Assembly (NCBI GenBank): GCA_963783885.1
Contig: CAWAPJ010000001.1
Span: forward strand, 112,764 to 176,763
DNA: 64,000 nucleotides
Origin: Waddliaceae bacterium
GTDB taxonomy: Bacteria > Chlamydiota > Chlamydiia > Chlamydiales > SLFE01
Direction of reading: 5' to 3'
Positions within the stretch are counted from its first letter, which is position 1; the number at the start of each line of letters is the position of its first letter. The notes under the pieces were generated by a model, which saw only the letters and a program-made list of their open reading frames with translations, searched no databases and was not told where the DNA came from. Shown here in pieces: positions 41,922 to 51,678 of the stretch. Made by a program: the position numbers and the translations under genes.

Positions 41922-42662
41922 TTAACCAGCTTTTGCGCGGGCGTTTGTTAATGTGTTGACATTGATTAAAAGATACGGATTAGATGACTTATTCCATCGC
42001 GAGTTGCGGCCGAGAATAATGGCATCGTTGATCTGCCACTTGGAATAGACGCCTTCATCCCATCCCGACATTTTAAACAGCATATAGATACCGTTGGTAC
42101 CGACAATCTCAATGAATCCATTATGGTTATCGATGTTCCAGATAAAAAAGGCATACTGGTTTAGAGGTCCTTGAGACATATTCACCAATGCGCTTTCTTT
42201 GGTTGTTCTATTCACAACGCGGTATTTGTAATCGGTTCCAAAAAACCAGTTATTGTTTGTTGTTAGATAAACTTCAGCCGGGTGTTCGCCATATAAATAT
42301 TCGGAATTATAATCGGGCCAGTGCTGAATTTTTTTTCCATCCGACGGCCTTGTGATCCAGATTGACCCGTCTGAAAGATAAAGGGAGCTTCCTTTGTATC
42401 CCAACGCCTCAAGATAAAGCAGCGAGTAGTCGTAATACTGGAAGCTGCACGGCTTGGCGACAACGTCTTCATCCTCATTTTCGTATTCCGGCTCTTCTTG
42501 TCTTTGCTGCTCGATTTCTAGAAATCTTTCTTCGGATACAGCATTCAGCCCAACACGTGTTCGTAAATTTTCTTCTGAGATGTCTTTGGCAAAAGCCGGC
42601 TGAGCAATCAATGCCAATCCCATTGCAAGGTATCCGATTGTCTTTGACAATTGTCTTTTCAT
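41922..42662 (-). CDS. Exported hypothetical protein, paralog of 41160-41900
   Basis: AAGGAG RBS before start 42662; signal peptide; LSDGSIW and W.INDAIILG..NPYLLINV. Confidence 0.75.
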   Translation of the reverse strand: MKRQLSKTIGYLAMGLALIAQPAFAKDISEENLRTRVGLNAVSEERFLEIEQQRQEEPEYENEDEDVVAKPCSFQYYDYSLLYLEALGYKGSSLYLSDGSIWITRPSDGKKIQHWPDYNSEYLYGEHPAEVYLTTNNNWFFGTDYKYRVVNRTTKESALVNMSQGPLNQYAFFIWNIDNHNGFIEIVGTNGIYMLFKMSGWDEGVYSKWQINDAIILGRNSRWNKSSNPYLLINVNTLTNARAKAG

Positions 42663-42693
42663 CACATTCTCCTTTTGTTGTGATTTCGTGTTC

Positions 42694-42864
42694 ATACTGC
42701 GATCGGCATCACACTTTGATTTTTTACATGCTGCGACTTTGCCAAATCGATCCTCCTTCTCGCCCTTCCCTTCCGGGAAGAGCTTCATCGATCGGAACGC
42801 AATAGCTTCGATTTAGCTTTGTCTCGCTGAGTCAAAAATCAAAGTGTGATGCCGATCGCAGTAT
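42694..42864. repeat. ~171-bp palindromic element (family C)
   Basis: 31-bp perfect IR ATACTGCGATCGGCATCACACTTTGATTTTT. Confidence 0.9.
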
Positions 42865-42987
42865 AGCTAAGAAAATCTCAAAATCTTGTTAAGACATTTT
42901 AAAGCAGTTATTAATCTTGCGTTAAAATTCGCATTATAGACTTAAAATTATGAATAAAAGTTACTTAAAAGAAAAGAGATTTACTCG

Positions 42988-43121
42988 GTAAGTGCTCGGC
43001 GATCCAGGTACTCCCGCTGAGATCACAGAGAAATTTGAGAATAATGGGCAATATGTTACGAAAATATGTGTGTAGTCTGTGGTGAAAATCTCAGCGAGAA
43101 CGTAGATCGCCGAATGTTTAC
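42988..43121. mobile_element. MITE-like palindromic element (family A) right after the accC stop
   Basis: GTAAGTGCTCGGCGATC...GTAGATCGCCGAATGTTTAC; direct repeat TTTACTCG at 42980-42987 and 43123-43130. Confidence 0.8.
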
Positions 43122-43123
43122 GT

Positions 43124-44479
43124 TTACTCGAACTTGCACCCTTCTTCCGAAAGGGTGTCAATATAATTGATCACATAATCACCGGATAAAAACTTTTCAT
43201 CCTCTAGCATATAAAGATGAAACGGGATTGTTGTTTTGATTCCCCCGATATGAAATTCTCTAAGAGCCCGTCTCCCATGTTCTATGGCCTCGGTTCGATC
43301 CTTGCCCTTGACAATCAACTTGGCGATCATGGGGTCGTAGTGGGGCGGAATGAAATAACCCGAATAGCATGCGCTGTCAACACGGACATGGGGCCCTCCA
43401 GGAGGAAGATAATACTCGAGCCTCCCCGGGGATGGAGTAAAATGCGTTCTCGGATCTTCAGCATTGACCCGAAACTCGATAACGTGCCCTGTATAGTCAA
43501 TATCCTTTTGCCGAAGGGGCAGCTTTTCTCCCATAGCAATTCGAATTTGTTCTTTGACTAAATCAACTCCTGTCAGCTCTTCGGTCACTGTATGCTCTAC
43601 CTGAATGCGGGTATTGACTTCCATAAAATAAAAGTTCTGATCTTTATCGAGTAAAAACTCCACAGTGCCTGCCGATTGGTATTTCGCCGCCTGCATGACC
43701 CATACAGCGGATTTTCCGATTTTTTTCCTCAGCTTATGATTGAGTATAGGGCTTGGAGCCTCCTCGATCAGCTTTTGCCGGCGCCGCTGAATCGAACAGT
43801 CCCGCTCTCCCAAATGGATCACATTCCCATATTTGTCTGCCAAAACCTGAACTTCGATATGACGGGGATTGACAATCATTTTTTCAAGATAAATTTCAGG
43901 GTTCCCAAAACTGACTTCGGCTTCTGCGCGCGCAGCAGCAAATTGTTTCGGAAACTGATCGGGATGTTCGGCAATGCGGATGCCGCGCCCCCCTCCTCCC
44001 GCTGACGCTTTGATAAAAAGGGGAAAGCCGATTCTTTCTGCCTCATTAATCGCCTCTTTTCCACTGTTCACGGTTCCGCTGGTCCCCGGTATGACAGGGC
44101 AGCCGGCTTTTTTGGCAATTGATTTAGCTTTTGCCTTATCCCCTAAAAGAGAGATGGTCTCCGGCGAAGGGCCGATAAACGTAAGGCCGCAACTTTGGCA
44201 TATTGAGGCGAAGTTGGCATTTTCGGCTAAAAATCCATAACCGGGGTGGATGGCATCTGCTCCCGTGATCTCGCAAGCGGATAAAATATTGGGTATTCGC
44301 AGATAGGATTTATGAGAAGGAGGCTCGCCAATGCAAATGGCCTCATCGGCGTGCAGCACATGCAGAGCTTCGGTATCAGCCTCGGAATAAACAGCAACTG
44401 TTTGAAGTCCGAGGTCATGGCAGGCTCTGATGATTCGAACCGCAATTTCCCCGCGATTGGCTATTAATACTTTCTGCAT
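43124..44479 (-). CDS. accC: Acetyl-CoA carboxylase biotin carboxylase
   Basis: LIANRGEIAVR, HPGYGFLAEN, GGGGRG, ERDCSIQRR motifs. Confidence 0.98.
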   Translation of the reverse strand: MQKVLIANRGEIAVRIIRACHDLGLQTVAVYSEADTEALHVLHADEAICIGEPPSHKSYLRIPNILSACEITGADAIHPGYGFLAENANFASICQSCGLTFIGPSPETISLLGDKAKAKSIAKKAGCPVIPGTSGTVNSGKEAINEAERIGFPLFIKASAGGGGRGIRIAEHPDQFPKQFAAARAEAEVSFGNPEIYLEKMIVNPRHIEVQVLADKYGNVIHLGERDCSIQRRRQKLIEEAPSPILNHKLRKKIGKSAVWVMQAAKYQSAGTVEFLLDKDQNFYFMEVNTRIQVEHTVTEELTGVDLVKEQIRIAMGEKLPLRQKDIDYTGHVIEFRVNAEDPRTHFTPSPGRLEYYLPPGGPHVRVDSACYSGYFIPPHYDPMIAKLIVKGKDRTEAIEHGRRALREFHIGGIKTTIPFHLYMLEDEKFLSGDYVINYIDTLSEEGCKFE

Positions 44480-44484
44480 AAGGC

Positions 44485-44958
44485 TTAAGAAATTTCAAAC
44501 AGTTTAGTTCCGAATTCGACAGGATGGCCGTTTTCCACCAGAATTTTCTTCACTGTCCCCGACATGTCCACCTTCACCTCATTCATGACTTTCATCGCTT
44601 CAATGATGCAGATCACGTCCCCTTCGCCTACTCTGTCTCCGACTTCGACGAAAGGGGCATCGTCTGGAGAGGGGGAAATGTAAAATGTACCGACCATAGG
44701 AGATGTGACGAATGCAGCGGAAAAATCCTCTTCGGGCTCCGGTTCTTCAGCATGCCCTTTCGAAGGAGAAGCATGAGCGCGGTGCATTTCCAGCTCCGAT
44801 TTCATCGGATTGTCACCCATATATTCAACCTCGAAAGTCGGCTTGATTTTTCCCTCTCGCTCCAATTCGATTTCAAATTCGCCCTGTTTGATGGAAAGCC
44901 GTCTTGTTCCCGTCTTGCCCATCAGGTTCATCAGTTCTTTAATTTGTTTTAAATCCAC
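44485..44958 (-). CDS. accB: Biotin carboxyl carrier protein
   Basis: SPMVGTFY and EAMKVMNE motifs. Confidence 0.97.
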   Translation of the reverse strand: MDLKQIKELMNLMGKTGTRRLSIKQGEFEIELEREGKIKPTFEVEYMGDNPMKSELEMHRAHASPSKGHAEEPEPEEDFSAAFVTSPMVGTFYISPSPDDAPFVEVGDRVGEGDVICIIEAMKVMNEVKVDMSGTVKKILVENGHPVEFGTKLFEIS

Positions 44959-44967
44959 TGAGACTCC

Positions 44968-45525
44968 TTATACACGTTGAATATATTCATCGGTACGGGT
45001 ATCAATTTTAATGATGTCCCCGGCTTCAATGAAAGACGGCACCTCGACTTTCGCTCCGGTTTCGAGCAATGCGACTTTTGTCCCCTGAGCGCCGCTTGCC
45101 GCGCCTTTTTCCTCCTCAGTCTTCGATATCATCAGTTCGAGAAACTGCGGGAGATCGACCGTGAATATAGTGCTGCCATAAAATGCGGCCGTCACCTCGA
45201 CGCCCTCTTTTAAGTAATTCGACTTGGCCTCAATGACCTGATGAGGAACCAATACCTGCTCGAGATTTTCGATATCGAGAAACAGATAATCCTTTCCTTC
45301 AAGATAAAGATATTCGAGCTGCCTTTGAGTCAGGTTGACCTCTTTAATGGTTTGATCGAGCTTAAAGTTTTTTTCAATGATTTTATTGGAATCGAGATCT
45401 TTCAGTTTTGTTTTTATAAAAGGAGCCCCTTTTGGGACTGTCACTTTCATGCTCGACTCAACCCGGTAAAGTTTGTTTTTGATTGAAACGATCATTCCCG
45501 GTTGCAAATGATTACTGATTGCCAT
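44968..45525 (-). CDS. efp: Elongation factor P (chlamydial paralog)
   Basis: LETGAKVEVPSFIEAGDIIKIDTRTDEYIQRV; rpe-efp-accB synteny. Confidence 0.93.
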   Translation of the reverse strand: MAISNHLQPGMIVSIKNKLYRVESSMKVTVPKGAPFIKTKLKDLDSNKIIEKNFKLDQTIKEVNLTQRQLEYLYLEGKDYLFLDIENLEQVLVPHQVIEAKSNYLKEGVEVTAAFYGSTIFTVDLPQFLELMISKTEEEKGAASGAQGTKVALLETGAKVEVPSFIEAGDIIKIDTRTDEYIQRV

Positions 45526-46189
45526 TTTCACCTCTAAGCGATTTTACAGCAGCGCTCATTCCTTCGGGCGCTGTGAAGCAATAAGTTCCAGCTACTATGA
45601 TATTGGCTCCTGCGTCCCGGCACAGTTTTGCTGTCTCGGGATTGATTCCACCATCCACTTCTATGTCCACATCGAGATTCTGCTTATCGCATATATTTTT
45701 TGTTAAACTTATTTTATCCAAAACATCGGTAATGAACTCCTGTCCCCCGAATCCCGGATGGACAGTCATTAAGAGCACCATATCGCAAAGATGTAGAAAC
45801 TGCGGGACCATTGACTCCGATGTTTCCGGACAAAAAGCGAGCCCCGCCTTAATGTTGCATTTTTTGATAAAGTTAATCGTATCTTCTACATCTTCAGTTG
45901 CTTCGAAGTGAAACGTGATATTATCAGCTCCCGCCTCAACAAACCTTTCGATGTAATCAAAAGGACTGTAGATCATCAAATGAACATCGAGAAACATGTC
46001 CGTCGACCGGTTGATTGCCGCCAAAGCTTTCGGCCCAAGCGTCAGATTCTGGACAAAATGTCCGTCCATGACATCAAAATGGATCGCATCGGCCCCGGAA
46101 TCTTCGATTCTTTTGGCCTCATCACCCAGTCTTCCAAAATCCCCGGCTAAAATTGAAGGTGCGATTTTAATCTGTCTCTTCTTCACCAT
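45512..46189 (-). CDS. rpe: Ribulose-phosphate 3-epimerase
   Basis: IAPSIL, HFDVMDGHFV, PGFGGQ, EVDGGI motifs. Confidence 0.97.
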   Translation of the reverse strand: MVKKRQIKIAPSILAGDFGRLGDEAKRIEDSGADAIHFDVMDGHFVQNLTLGPKALAAINRSTDMFLDVHLMIYSPFDYIERFVEAGADNITFHFEATEDVEDTINFIKKCNIKAGLAFCPETSESMVPQFLHLCDMVLLMTVHPGFGGQEFITDVLDKISLTKNICDKQNLDVDIEVDGGINPETAKLCRDAGANIIVAGTYCFTAPEGMSAAVKSLRGENGNQ

Positions 46190-46208
46190 ATTATAATTAT
46201 AGCACCTA

Positions 46209-46439
46209 TCATTTAAGATTGCGAGCCATAGTGATCAGAGCCTGATGCGTTGCCGAAGTCAACTGGGTACTCAGCTCCGAAAGCTGGGAAAGATGATTCA
46301 TAAGCATCTGCATTTCAAACATATCACCGATGCTGATTTGATCGCCCTGAGCTTTTAAGGATCTTACTTTTTCTCTAACTTTGCAAATTTCTTGATTGAT
46401 GATTGCGACAAGCTCTTCACATTGCATTTGTTCTGCCAT
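46209..46439 (-). CDS. T3SS needle (SctF/CdsF, DUF5407)-like protein 2
   Basis: ISIGDMFEMQMLMNHLSQLSE...ITMARNLK; AGGAGG RBS before ATG 46439. Confidence 0.75.
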   Translation of the reverse strand: MAEQMQCEELVAIINQEICKVREKVRSLKAQGDQISIGDMFEMQMLMNHLSQLSELSTQLTSATHQALITMARNLK

Positions 46440-46468
46440 AGCATGACCTCCTTGAATTCTGAAGACCA

Positions 46469-46498
46469 AGCATACAAGGGATGGGCGGGAGGGGTCAA
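46469..46498 (-). promoter_or_regulatory. Putative sigma66 promoter for needle-like gene 2
   Basis: TTGACC-N18-TATGCT just downstream of the upstream gene's terminator. Confidence 0.55.
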
Positions 46499-46501
46499 GA
46501 G

Positions 46502-46528
46502 AAAAAGGCTCTCAAGTTAGAGAGCCTT
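46502..46528 (-). terminator. Terminator after needle-like gene 1
   Basis: AAGGCTCTC-AAGTTA-GAGAGCCTT hairpin followed by a T-run on the minus strand. Confidence 0.75.
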
Positions 46529-46538
46529 GTGATTAGGA

Positions 46539-46775
46539 TTATCCTTTTACGTTTCTTGCCATCGCGATAATGGCCTGATTCGAAGCGCCTACGATTTGCG
46601 TACACATCTCCGATAGCTGGGAGAGCTGGTTCATTAGCATTTGCATCTCAAACATCTCGCCAATGCTGATCTGATCTCCCTTTTGTTTGATGGAACCAAT
46701 TTTCGTTTTTACTGCAGTGATCCCTTCATTAATAATGTTTACTAACTCTTCAAAGGAAATACCCTCTTGGGACAT
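46539..46775 (-). CDS. T3SS needle (SctF/CdsF, DUF5407)-like protein 1
   Basis: ISIGEMFEMQMLMNQLSQLSEM...IIAMARNVKG; AGGAGG RBS. Confidence 0.75.
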   Translation of the reverse strand: MSQEGISFEELVNIINEGITAVKTKIGSIKQKGDQISIGEMFEMQMLMNQLSQLSEMCTQIVGASNQAIIAMARNVKG

Positions 46776-46903
46776 AAAACCTCCTAATTAATTTATTGAG
46801 GTAATTATCATCGTAACTTTGAATTATTAATATTGTGTTAATTTAACTATCGTAAAAAATATTTTACTTTTTTAAAAATTTAGTTTTCCATTATAGTGGT
46901 ATT

Positions 46904-47359
46904 ATGGAAACTAAATTAAAACATCCGATTCAGGTCGTGGAAATTGCAAAGCCGCAGGAAATAGAGGGCAAGCCGGTGCCGGTTGCCTCCTCGAATGTTC
47001 AGGCGGGCTTCCCTTCCCCCGCAGAAGATTACATCGAGAAACAGCTAAATTTGAACGAACTTGTCATACAGCATCCGGCTGCGACTTTTTTTGTCCGCGT
47101 CGAAGGCGAGTCGATGACAGGCGCGGCCATTCATCCAGGCGATATTCTGGTTGTCGACCGCTCGCTCGAGCCTACAAACGGCAGGATTGTTGTCGCTGTC
47201 GTCAATGGAGAGTTTACCGTCAAACGCTTTGCCTGCCGAGGCGGCAGGCCTTGCCTTCTGGCCGAAAATCCGCAGTTTCCCGATATTGCCATTGAACCCG
47301 ATTCCGATTTTCATGTATGGGGGGTCGTCACCTACGTCATTCATAAATGTATGCCTTAG
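46904..47359 (+). CDS. umuD: DNA polymerase V subunit UmuD (S24 peptidase)
   Basis: [14 protein letters not shown] and FTVKR motifs. Confidence 0.93.
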   Translation: METKLKHPIQVVEIAKPQEIEGKPVPVASSNVQAGFPSPAEDYIEKQLNLNELVIQHPAATFFVRVEGESMTGAAIHPGDILVVDRSLEPTNGRIVVAVVNGEFTVKRFACRGGRPCLLAENPQFPDIAIEPDSDFHVWGVVTYVIHKCMP

Positions 47360-48591
47360 TCGACTGCAATAATTTCTATGTCTCCTGCGAGCGGGTATTC
47401 AACCCGGGACTGCGGGGAGCTGTTGTCGTCCTGTCGAATAATGACGGCTGCGTTGTCGCCCGCTCTCAGAAAGCCAAACAGCTTGGCATTCCGATGGGCG
47501 CCCCTTATTTTCAATATAAAGATTTAATTGATAGAAACAATGTAGCGGTTTATTCCTCGAATTACACCCTCTACGGCGACATGTCGCAGCGCGTCATGCA
47601 GACACTGAAAACCGTCACTCCCGATATCCAGGTCTATTCAATCGATGAGGCGTTCCTTTATTTTCCGACCCTCAAAGATGTCGATTTTCTTGCGGCAATC
47701 CGCCAGAAAGTATTGCAATGGACCGGCATCCCCGTCTCCATCGGCCTGAGCAAAACCAAAACACTGGCAAAAGCCGCGAGCCGCCTGGCCAAAAAACAAG
47801 ACGGGATTTTCACCATGTGCGACAGAGCCTCGATAGAAGCTGCCCTTGAAGATTTTTCCGTCCAAGAACTTTGGGGAATCGGCAGGCAGTACGCGGCCAA
47901 GCTCAGATCAAAAGGAATAAAAACAGCCCTACAGCTCAGTAAAGCTGAAGACACCTGGATCCACAAGAATTTGACCGTTGCCGGGCTCCGTCTTGTCTGG
48001 GAACTTCGGGGAATTTCCTGCCTGCCGCTAGAACAAGTCCCTTCCTCTAAAAAATCGGTGATGAGCTCCAAGTCGTTCGGCCGCTCGGTTTACACGCTCA
48101 AAGACCTTTCTGAAGCAGCAGCAGCCTACACCGCGCGCGCCGCGGAAAAAATTCGACTTCAGAATTCCCTGGCGACCTACCTTTCGGTTTTTGTCGTCGT
48201 CAATGACAGAAAAAACGACCGCTACCCTGCCTACGAAACAGGAATGCCGCTGATTGAGCCGACATCCTATACACCGACATTGATTCAAGGGGCAAAAGAA
48301 CTTGTTTCAGAGCTGTTCACAGAAGGACTCCCCTACAGGAAAGTGGGAATATTTTTAGGGGGGCTCATTCCCGCCTCATGCTATCAGCCCGACCTCTTTC
48401 AGACGCACGGAAATCGAAAATCCAAACAAGACGCTGCCATGCGCCTCATGGACAAAATCAACAGCGACTTGGGAAAAAAAGCGCTCCGATTCGCCTCGGA
48501 AGGCAAGCCGGGCGCCTCCTGGAAAATGCAGCAGAAGAGCCGCTCGCCCTGCTACACAACGAGCTGGAAAGAATTGCTTACAATAAAATAG
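47347..48591 (+). CDS. umuC: DNA polymerase V catalytic subunit UmuC
   Basis: [25 protein letters not shown] and SPCYTTSW motifs. Confidence 0.95.
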   Translation: MYALVDCNNFYVSCERVFNPGLRGAVVVLSNNDGCVVARSQKAKQLGIPMGAPYFQYKDLIDRNNVAVYSSNYTLYGDMSQRVMQTLKTVTPDIQVYSIDEAFLYFPTLKDVDFLAAIRQKVLQWTGIPVSIGLSKTKTLAKAASRLAKKQDGIFTMCDRASIEAALEDFSVQELWGIGRQYAAKLRSKGIKTALQLSKAEDTWIHKNLTVAGLRLVWELRGISCLPLEQVPSSKKSVMSSKSFGRSVYTLKDLSEAAAAYTARAAEKIRLQNSLATYLSVFVVVNDRKNDRYPAYETGMPLIEPTSYTPTLIQGAKELVSELFTEGLPYRKVGIFLGGLIPASCYQPDLFQTHGNRKSKQDAAMRLMDKINSDLGKKALRFASEGKPGASWKMQQKSRSPCYTTSWKELLTIK

Positions 48592-49993
48592 ATTGACCGA
48601 ACGGAGTCACTTTAAAACATGGCTTCTCTTGGCAAGTGCCTATGTCGACCATTCCGCACTGAAACAGACGCTCAAAAATTGTATCGTAAATCAGTTGAAT
48701 TTCATCAGCGGTATATTCGGGAAAACTGTAATGCCATTTGCAGCCCTTCCGAGTCAAAGAGACGCCGCAAGGCTGAGTTATAGGATTAGATGCGCTTTGA
48801 ATAAACTCATCAAACAGAACCCATCCCCATTCCATAACATCTTTTAAAGTTTTTTCAGCAGCCCGTATGTGGATTGGAGAATAAAGCTCTTGTTTTTTTG
48901 AAGCATTTTTCATTTGATTTTTGGGATGACGATAAAGCATAACAGCCTGATCCTGGACAGCAAGTGCTATCCATGAAGAGGCTGTATCGGCCGCAGTAAA
49001 ATGGCCCTCCTTCAAAACGCCGAGATTGAGCGCCAAACACTTTTCCATAACATCGTGGAAGTAGCCATGCAAATCATTTTGCTCATCCGAAAAACCGGGC
49101 AGACATCCGGATAAGGTTTCAAAAGAGATGTTATCATTGGCAATCGGAGACTTTAATGCGGCTCTTAGCAAAGCCGTCATATCGCGAAGAAAGGGAAATT
49201 CATGGGAGCGCGTTTTAATGGATGAGCTCTCTAATTTTCGAGGAAAATGCTTCTGCTGCCTTTGATAAAATTCACGCCACTCCAGGAAAGGGCATATGTA
49301 CCCGACCCAGCGATCATCAGTGAATTCATAGCAAAGATAGCCGACAAATGTATATTCGAGAAGAAGAACTATTTCCTGAAACTGCCCATGAGACAGTTGA
49401 TACTTTGCCATCACATCGTCGGCGTTGATTCGGCAATCAGGAGCCTTAAAAATTTCAGAAATGATGAAATCCATTGCCGGGTGGTCGAAAGAGAGATTGG
49501 ATAAATATTTTTTATAAAGTTCCGGAGTGGCGAAATACTTCTCCACAATGGAAAGGAACATATCGCTGGCAGTCTTTGAGATAGAATACCAGTCAGGAAG
49601 GATATGAAGAGGCACTTTATTTTTTAAAAGGGAAAAAGCGTAGGAAATATCGGGATAAAAGTCTTCATCGAATTTTGAAAGCTCAAGTTCAAAATAGCGC
49701 CTCCTCTCTTTATTAACTGCCACCCTATCCTCGCGCCGCTGCAACAACTGCAAATCGGAAAATTTATCCAAAACCGGAATCAGTTCTTTTGAAGCACTCC
49801 CAAAAAGTTCGGCGAGCTGATTGATGGAGAAGTTAAGCGAATTGTCAATAATTTCTTGAAGAACTTCGACCTCAAATCGACTGAGTTTTGCCATTAATGA
49901 GCGGGTTTGAATATCGGAAAGGTAATCATAATCATTGAGGTCGACTTTTTTCTTTTGGGAAGGCTTTTCAACTTGAAAAAAATCTTTACGCAT
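48578..49993 (-). CDS. Hypothetical protein (probably Chlamydiae-conserved)
   Basis: 471-aa ORF, convergent overlap with umuC; no recognisable catalytic motif. Confidence 0.8.
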   Translation of the reverse strand: MRKDFFQVEKPSQKKKVDLNDYDYLSDIQTRSLMAKLSRFEVEVLQEIIDNSLNFSINQLAELFGSASKELIPVLDKFSDLQLLQRREDRVAVNKERRRYFELELSKFDEDFYPDISYAFSLLKNKVPLHILPDWYSISKTASDMFLSIVEKYFATPELYKKYLSNLSFDHPAMDFIISEIFKAPDCRINADDVMAKYQLSHGQFQEIVLLLEYTFVGYLCYEFTDDRWVGYICPFLEWREFYQRQQKHFPRKLESSSIKTRSHEFPFLRDMTALLRAALKSPIANDNISFETLSGCLPGFSDEQNDLHGYFHDVMEKCLALNLGVLKEGHFTAADTASSWIALAVQDQAVMLYRHPKNQMKNASKKQELYSPIHIRAAEKTLKDVMEWGWVLFDEFIQSASNPITQPCGVSLTRKGCKWHYSFPEYTADEIQLIYDTIFERLFQCGMVDIGTCQEKPCFKVTPFGQSILL

Positions 49994-50198
49994 GCAAATT
50001 AAAAATTTCCATTGTTTTACTTATCCGACATTAAAATCATAATCGAAATTTAATAATTCGCCAACCAAAAATTTACAAACATAACGAAAGCTAACATTAA
50101 AAATTCTTCTTGATGTCAAAACCTTCCTAATGACTTTAATAGTGTCAATTTAAGAAAAATCGTGCCCGTACCCGATTACAAACTAACTAATGTCTAAG

Positions 50199-51343
50199 AC
50201 CCTGATTGCTACCTAAACCTTAGCTAGAGCTTACACGAGTGCGCCAGATACAACTGTAGCATCGACGGCAAGGGTAATCCCTTGCCGAGGCGCTACAGGC
50301 AGTAGATGGTGTGCTCGTGTAAGCTCTAGCTGAGCTCCCCTTTGCATAAAAACGAAACACTATAGGCAAGAATTGCACAGAATACTTTTATCAAAAAGCC
50401 TTGTTCAGTGCAGAACTTAAAAGTTCTTTAGAAAAGGTTTGTTATGCAGCTAAATGTCGTCTCGACAATCTGTCGCTTGCTGCTAATTTCCCTCTCTTCA
50501 ATTGGTGTTCGGACTCTATTCTTTGCTTTACATCCCCGTTTTGCAAGCAATGTAATTTGTTCTTCTTTCAAGATGTCTTCTAAATCAAAGCAATTATACG
50601 CACCATCTGCATAAAGTTTAGAATCTGGTGGAATGTCCAGTTTCATTTCCCAGAGCACCTTTACATCGCTTACTGCTCCTGGCTTGAAAAGAACTTCAAC
50701 CGGCTTGCCTTCGCTCGTCACAATCATATGAACTTTTATGCCGCAAAAGTAACGCTTTTTAGAAGCTGCGAAACCTAAATACCTTCGTTCTAGAAAAACC
50801 TTCCGTTTATCGATTCTATTTTTCTGACAACATGAAACTGGAAAGCTGTCTATAGCAAAACCCTGATCTTTATTTATTTGCTTAAAAAATAGAGCTAAAA
50901 AACGGAAAATGGCGTTCCAACAAATCCAAGGAATTTTATGAATTCGGCGATTTAGCCGGCTATTGCTTAAAATAGCTCTGAATAATCGTAATCTTTTACA
51001 TAAATATCTGGACATTTTATAGTTACAAGAAAAATATTTTGCTGATAAAATAGCAAAAGTTATCACTTCTGCGTTGGACATTTGAGATTGAGGATCGTCT
51101 TTAATCCCCAAAATTCGAAGGATTTCTTCGCTGATGACATAAACTGTTGTTGCGTAAGTTTCCATGATGCCCCCTTTTTTTGGCTAAGGAAGTATCATAG
51201 AGACTATTGTCGTTAAAATCTTTCATTGAATTCATCTGCTAAGCCTCGATTATCGGCAAGGGATTACCCTTGCCTTCAAATCGAGTCTACGCATCTGAAT
51301 CCAACGAAAGACTTTAACAACAAGTTTAGGTAGCAATCAGGGT
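50199..51343 (-). mobile_element. IS982-family insertion sequence, copy 2 (intergenic)
   Basis: Same 20-bp IR; TSD CTAAG at 50194-50198 and 51344-51348. Confidence 0.92.
50326..51165 (-). pseudogene. IS982 transposase with premature stop
   Basis: Codon 246 is TAA (50428-50430), versus CAA in copy 1 and CCC in copy 3. Confidence 0.85.
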
Positions 51344-51372
51344 CTAAGTGGCGTATGGAAGTTTGACAAACA

Positions 51373-51408
51373 AGCATTCGGCAACCCAAATGGAGATTGC
51401 CGAATGCT
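51373..51408 (-). terminator. Hairpin after acpP resembling family A termini
   Basis: AGCATTCGGCAA-N12-TTGCCGAATGCT. Confidence 0.6.
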
Positions 51409-51417
51409 CAGCGTGTG

Positions 51418-51660
51418 TTAGGTGGTTTGTTTTTGACGGTCTTCGATATACTTGATTGCGTCGCCGACGGTGCGGATCTTTTCCGCGTCCTCGTCCGGAA
51501 TCTCGGTCCCGAAACGCTCTTCGAACGTCATAATCAATTCCGTCAAATCCAGTGAATCGGCGTTGAGATCTTCAACAAAAGAAACTTCGGGAGTGACCTG
51601 ACTTTCATCAACTCCCAGCTGCTCAACAACGATTTCAATGACTTCTTTTTCTAAAGACAT
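51418..51660 (-). CDS. acpP: Acyl carrier protein
   Basis: [14 protein letters not shown]. Confidence 0.97.
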   Translation of the reverse strand: MSLEKEVIEIVVEQLGVDESQVTPEVSFVEDLNADSLDLTELIMTFEERFGTEIPDEDAEKIRTVGDAIKYIEDRQKQTT

Positions 51661-51678
51661 AATTTCCTTGCTCCTACT

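Noticed and set aside
42663-42788. Extended N-terminus of ORF 41922-42788
   Set aside because: Derived mostly from the family C palindrome; RBS and signal peptide support a start near 42662
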